In this document: piece by piece, positions 59,467 through 64,000 of the stretch
Layout of the letters: every line of letters starts with the position of its first letter
Position numbering within the stretch: position 1 is the stretch's first letter
Assembly (NCBI GenBank): GCA_020184695.1
Contig: JAANOX010000004.1
Span: forward strand, 1-64,000
Source of the DNA: Histomonas meleagridis 2922-C6/04-290x
Lineage: Eukaryota; Protista; Parabasalia
Direction: 5' to 3'
DNA length: 64,000 bases
Notes under the pieces: generated by a model
The model's input: the letters and a program-made list of their open reading frames with translations, nothing else
Database searches by the model: none
What the model was told of the DNA's origin: nothing
Translations under genes and position numbers: made by a program

Positions 59467-62400
59467 TTGATGCGACGGTTTCACATCAAATCATTTTTAT
59501 TTGGAATGAGAATACAAGCATTAGTTCTTAAGAACTTTAAATCTTATCAAGGTAAGCATGTCATTGGTCCTTTTGATGATTTCACTGCAATTATTGGAGA
59601 AAATGGATCAGGGAAATCTAATTGTTTTGATGCTTTATGTTTTGTTCTAGGTGCTTCTGCAAACACAATGCGATGCAAAAAGATATCTAATTTGATTTGG
59701 ATGGGAACACCAAAATCCTACAAAGCTAGTGTAAAACTTACTTTTGATACAAATGAAAACGTTAAAAGTATCAAACGGAAGATTGTAAGAAACACATCGA
59801 TTTATTATATAAATGACGAAAAGAAATCCAATGAAGAATATAAGTCATTTCTTCAACATATAGGATTTCATCCAAAACTTCAAAACTTTGTTATATTTCA
59901 AGGAGATATTCAAATGATTGCTGAGATGAAACCAATAGAGTTAACTAAAATGGTTGAAGAGTTAAGTGGAAGCATTGTATATAAACAAGATTATGAAGAC
60001 AAAGAGAAAAGACTTCATCAAATTGAAAACGAAATTAGTTTTATTGAAGAAAAAAGAGAAGTTTTATCAGAAAGAAAACATGACCTTAAAGAAGAAGTTA
60101 ATGAAACAAATAAATGGAAACAAAAAGAGACCGAAATGAATCATGAAAAACAAATTTGCGAAGATTTCCAAGTTTATCAAATGCTTGAATCGAACAAAAT
60201 TAATTCACAAAAAGAAATTGAACTTAAACAAAACATACAAATTACACAAAATAATATAAATAATTTAAATGAAGTTATTGAGACAACGAATAAAACAATT
60301 AAAACATTTCAAAAAATTCTTCGAAATGACAACAAAACATTAAAACGAATTTCATCAAAAATTGATCAATCGCAAAAAGAATTAAATAATTTTAAACAAT
60401 TGAAGACAAATAATGAAGAAAAAATTGAAAATATAAAACAAAATATATCAGAATGTCAAAAAAATATCGAAAGAGAAAACAAACAAAGCAAAGAATATCA
60501 AAAAACAATTAAAGAATTCGAACAAAAATATAATAATTTCATCAAAAATAAATCGATTTTAATTAATTTACAAGAAAGTATAAATAATATCCAAAGCAAA
60601 ATTGATCAAACTCAAGATTCACAAAGCATTGATATACTACAAACAACTTTACTAACTGAAAATGATTTATATCAAAAGACTTTAAAACAAATTGAACAAT
60701 TAAATGAACAATTAAGAACAATTACTGAAGAAGAATCTAAAATTGGTATTATTGAAACGCCAAAAGAACCAAATTTAGAAAATCTTAAAAATGAGTTAAA
60801 TTCCATTTCAAAAGTCATTCAAAACAAACAAGAAGAATTAAGGAAAATGGATTATATTAAACATAATACAAAACGTGAAGAAGAAAAGAATTTTATGATT
60901 CAAGAATTACATCGGAAATGTAAAGGTGTATATGGATATGTTCGAGATATTTGTCGACCAATTCGTTCAAAATATGAAAATGCAGTGAATTGTGGAATTG
61001 GTTATTATTTAGATGCAATTATAGTTAAAGACATTTCAACAGCACAAAATTGTATTGAAATATGTAAATATTCTAATTTAGGAAACGCGACATTTCTTCC
61101 AATTGAAAACCTTCGAATTAAACCTCAACAACATTCGAAAGAAGATAAATTAAAAGATCTTAAAGAATGTATAGAATATTCAACTGAATACAAAACAATT
61201 ATTGAATATATTACAAATGGAATTTATTTTTGTGAATCATCAAATGATGCAAAACGATTTTCACATATGGGAAAATGGAAAAAAATTATTGATATTAATG
61301 GAACTATTTATAAACCAAATGGAATAATGATTGGAGGATATACAAAAAGAAGAACAAATTTTAAGACAAATCCACAAAAGATTAAAGAAGAAATTGAAAT
61401 GAATCAAAGTAAATATGATGAAATAAGAAAAATAATTCGTGATCAAGAAACAAAACATTTTAATGATCAACTTGAATACAATCAAAAAATATGTAAACTT
61501 CAAATGATTCATACAAAAAAAGCAAATTGTGAAAAATTAATTACAAATCTTAATAATAAATTAAATCAACATCAAACAGATATTGATAATCTTAAAATAG
61601 AAATTGAATCATTAAAAGCAAAACAATCCATAAATTCCAAACAAAGTGAGTCAGAAAAAAACGAATTCTTCATAAAATTCAAAAATGAAAACCAAACATT
61701 ATTCAAACAAATAAATTTATTCACTCTCGAAGAAATATTAAATAATTTTAATATATTTATTGAAGAAGAAAATAAAATCTTTGAAATTCGTAATCAATTA
61801 AATTATATTTTGGATTCAAGTGCACCAGAACAATTAAAACAACTCAAAAATGAATTAACAATGTTAAAAAAGCAAAATCAAGAAATACATTCTTCAATAG
61901 AAAATACTGAAAATGAAATTCATTTAACTAATGAAGAAATGGAAAAGACAAAAAAGAAAAAAGAAGATATCCAAAATGATTTAAAGCAAGCACAATCACA
62001 AAAGTCGGCATTTGTTAAAGATTTAACTAAAAATGAAAAGCAACAAAATGAATTTGAAAACACATTAAATGAAATTTCAATTAAAATTTATGATTCACAA
62101 AAGAAATTAGAAGAATATGTAACGAAAACAAATAATAATTATACAATTAATGATTTATACTCAAAAGATTTTTCACATCTTCCATCATATTTATGTCAAC
62201 TTAAATCCACAGCACAAATTAATAACATTGTGAAAAGTTTTGAAGAAAGAATTAATAAAATCAAGAAATATCTTGAAGAAAACACGCCAAATTTCCAAGC
62301 AATTCAATCACTTGATAACATTAAATCTAAAATCAAATCTATTGATGAAGAATTAACTATAAAAAGAAGAGAATTAAGTCAACAACATCATTATTTCACA

Positions 62401-62988
62401 GACGTTAAAAAGAAACGTTATCAACTTTTTATAGAAACATTTCATTTAATCGAAAAATCAGTACAAGAAATATATCCTAAATTAACAAGAAATCCTTTAC
62501 AGCCACTTGGAGGCAATGCATTTTTCTCACCTATTAAACCTCAATGTCCATTTTTAGATGGTATAATATATTCTGTTATGCCACCATTAAAACGACATCG
62601 AACATTAAATTATTTAAGTGGTGGTGAACAAACACTTGCAGTTGTCTCATTAATATTTGCATTAAATCAAGCGAAACCTTCACCTTGTTTAATTCTTGAT
62701 GAAATAGATGCTGCACTTGATAAGCAAAATCTAATGATGTTATCAACATTCTTAAAGACACAATCAATGAAACAACAAATAATTATAGTATCACATCGAA
62801 ATATGGTATATTCTGAATCTCAAACATTAATTGGCATATGTCATAACATTGGAAATTTATCATCATTATCATACACATTACCATTAGCTCAAATTCTTAA
62901 TAATGATGAAGATATCGAAGAAGATACAAATACACAATCGATAAATCCAATAATTCCATTAAATCGTCATTGTGTAAGTCTTTTTTGA
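59467..62988 (+). CDS. SMC1: Cohesin subunit SMC1 (likely start ATG 59506)
   Basis: NFKSY, GPFDDFTAIIGENGSGKSN, FVIFQGDI, hinge GVYGYVRDICRP, LSGGEQT, SPCLILDEIDAALD. Confidence 0.92.
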   Translation: MMRRFHIKSFLFGMRIQALVLKNFKSYQGKHVIGPFDDFTAIIGENGSGKSNCFDALCFVLGASANTMRCKKISNLIWMGTPKSYKASVKLTFDTNENVKSIKRKIVRNTSIYYINDEKKSNEEYKSFLQHIGFHPKLQNFVIFQGDIQMIAEMKPIELTKMVEELSGSIVYKQDYEDKEKRLHQIENEISFIEEKREVLSERKHDLKEEVNETNKWKQKETEMNHEKQICEDFQVYQMLESNKINSQKEIELKQNIQITQNNINNLNEVIETTNKTIKTFQKILRNDNKTLKRISSKIDQSQKELNNFKQLKTNNEEKIENIKQNISECQKNIERENKQSKEYQKTIKEFEQKYNNFIKNKSILINLQESINNIQSKIDQTQDSQSIDILQTTLLTENDLYQKTLKQIEQLNEQLRTITEEESKIGIIETPKEPNLENLKNELNSISKVIQNKQEELRKMDYIKHNTKREEEKNFMIQELHRKCKGVYGYVRDICRPIRSKYENAVNCGIGYYLDAIIVKDISTAQNCIEICKYSNLGNATFLPIENLRIKPQQHSKEDKLKDLKECIEYSTEYKTIIEYITNGIYFCESSNDAKRFSHMGKWKKIIDINGTIYKPNGIMIGGYTKRRTNFKTNPQKIKEEIEMNQSKYDEIRKIIRDQETKHFNDQLEYNQKICKLQMIHTKKANCEKLITNLNNKLNQHQTDIDNLKIEIESLKAKQSINSKQSESEKNEFFIKFKNENQTLFKQINLFTLEEILNNFNIFIEEENKIFEIRNQLNYILDSSAPEQLKQLKNELTMLKKQNQEIHSSIENTENEIHLTNEEMEKTKKKKEDIQNDLKQAQSQKSAFVKDLTKNEKQQNEFENTLNEISIKIYDSQKKLEEYVTKTNNNYTINDLYSKDFSHLPSYLCQLKSTAQINNIVKSFEERINKIKKYLEENTPNFQAIQSLDNIKSKIKSIDEELTIKRRELSQQHHYFTDVKKKRYQLFIETFHLIEKSVQEIYPKLTRNPLQPLGGNAFFSPIKPQCPFLDGIIYSVMPPLKRHRTLNYLSGGEQTLAVVSLIFALNQAKPSPCLILDEIDAALDKQNLMMLSTFLKTQSMKQQIIIVSHRNMVYSESQTLIGICHNIGNLSSLSYTLPLAQILNNDEDIEEDTNTQSINPIIPLNRHCVSLF

Positions 62989-63030
62989 AAAAAAAAAAAA
63001 ACAAAAATATAATTTCATCAAAGATTTAAT

Positions 63031-64000
63031 TTAATTCATTCCCATCATTGCCGCTTGTTGTGCTTGTGCCATTGCAGTATTCTCTTCTAATTTCTGTGTC
63101 ACTGATTTCTTATTTACTGGGTTACCATTTTCATCTCTTTTAATTAAACCTGAGACAATATCATCGACTCTTAACAATGATATTGCGCATTCGAATGCAG
63201 TTTTATAAACTTGTGACTTAACGGCTAATGTATCCCATACATTAATTTTCCTCATGTCTTCAATTTCACCTGTTAATCCATTAATTCCCATATAATATTT
63301 ATCTGGATCTTCTGAATGTATTGACCTTAATTTCGTAAGTACTTTCATAGGTGAAGCTCCACAATTTTGTATCAATGTACGTGGTATAACTTCAAATGCT
63401 ACAGCTGCTGCTCCATAAGCCATTTGTTCGATGGTATCTAATTGTCCATATTTCTTTCTTAAATGTGCTGATACTGAAACTTCAGTAGCACCACCTCCAG
63501 GTAATAGCGATGGTTCCTTAAGTAAATTCTTCGCAACTTTTAATGCGTCGTCCATAATACGGAACATTTCCAAAAGTACATCCTTTGTTGGGCCACGTAA
63601 TAACATTGTACAAGCTTTAGGATTCTCGCATTGATCAAAGACTGACCACCATTCGTCACCGAACTTACGGCATTCGTATAATCCACATTTTGTACCTAAA
63701 TCAGATTCAACTGCTTCATGTGGATCTGACACAATTGTTGCGCCACAACATAATGCGATTCGATCCAAATGTACTTTTTGGAATCTTCTTAATGCTGTGA
63801 TTCCGGCCTCACTTAAGTAATGTAATGCCAAATCGCTGACTCCTTTTTCAGCTAATACTAAGTCACAGCCAGTAGCAATGACTGCGTCACAAAGGTCTTT
63901 GACTTGTGCTTCTTCTTCTGCTAATACATTTGCATAATCATTTTCACCACTGATTTCTATGTTTGTAATACTTTCGCCTTTACGATATTCTAATCCACAA
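63031..64000 (-). CDS. CCT3: Chaperonin CCT gamma subunit, 3' part (runs off the window)
   Basis: CGLEYRKGESITNIEI..EKGVSDLALHYL..GTKCGLYECRKFGDEWW..PGGGATE..RVDDIVSG. Confidence 0.95.
   Translation of the reverse strand, partial: CGLEYRKGESITNIEISGENDYANVLAEEEAQVKDLCDAVIATGCDLVLAEKGVSDLALHYLSEAGITALRRFQKVHLDRIALCCGATIVSDPHEAVESDLGTKCGLYECRKFGDEWWSVFDQCENPKACTMLLRGPTKDVLLEMFRIMDDALKVAKNLLKEPSLLPGGGATEVSVSAHLRKKYGQLDTIEQMAYGAAAVAFEVIPRTLIQNCGASPMKVLTKLRSIHSEDPDKYYMGINGLTGEIEDMRKINVWDTLAVKSQVYKTAFECAISLLRVDDIVSGLIKRDENGNPVNKKSVTQKLEENTAMAQAQQAAMMGMN

Overview
Very AT-rich, apparently intron-less eukaryotic DNA. The gene content (BspA-type LRR surface protein, single-pass proteins with NPxY/DPF tails, Maverick remnants, bacterial-type genes) points to a parabasalid (Trichomonas/Tritrichomonas/Histomonas-like); this is inferred, not proven. 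About 5.8-27.7 kb is a decayed Maverick/Polinton-like endogenous virus: probable major capsid gene, protein-primed PolB, HNH nuclease, two minor-capsid candidates and a ~4.1-kb bacteriophage tail-fibre-like gene with about 17 HxH motifs. No integrase, ATPase, protease or inverted termini were seen; instead the block is bracketed by diverged ~200-bp direct repeats that keep the same stem-loop with compensatory changes. The capsid gene is split by a 5.56-kb Foldback-like Mutator element (9-bp TSD, ~0.8-kb TIRs, satellite in the TIR). The rest is host DNA: glycosyltransferase-like gene, ankyrin protein, a bacterial-type hydrolase pseudogene, BspA, a divergent histone H3, an acyltransferase, a CTD phosphatase, three tandem paralogous surface proteins with a bacterial-type ectodomain, a TA-flanked MITE, WD40 and RING genes, a hAT transposon, CENP-S, SMC1 and CCT3. 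All family calls come from motif recognition by eye with no database search. Many frameshifts sit in homopolymer runs and may be sequencing errors.
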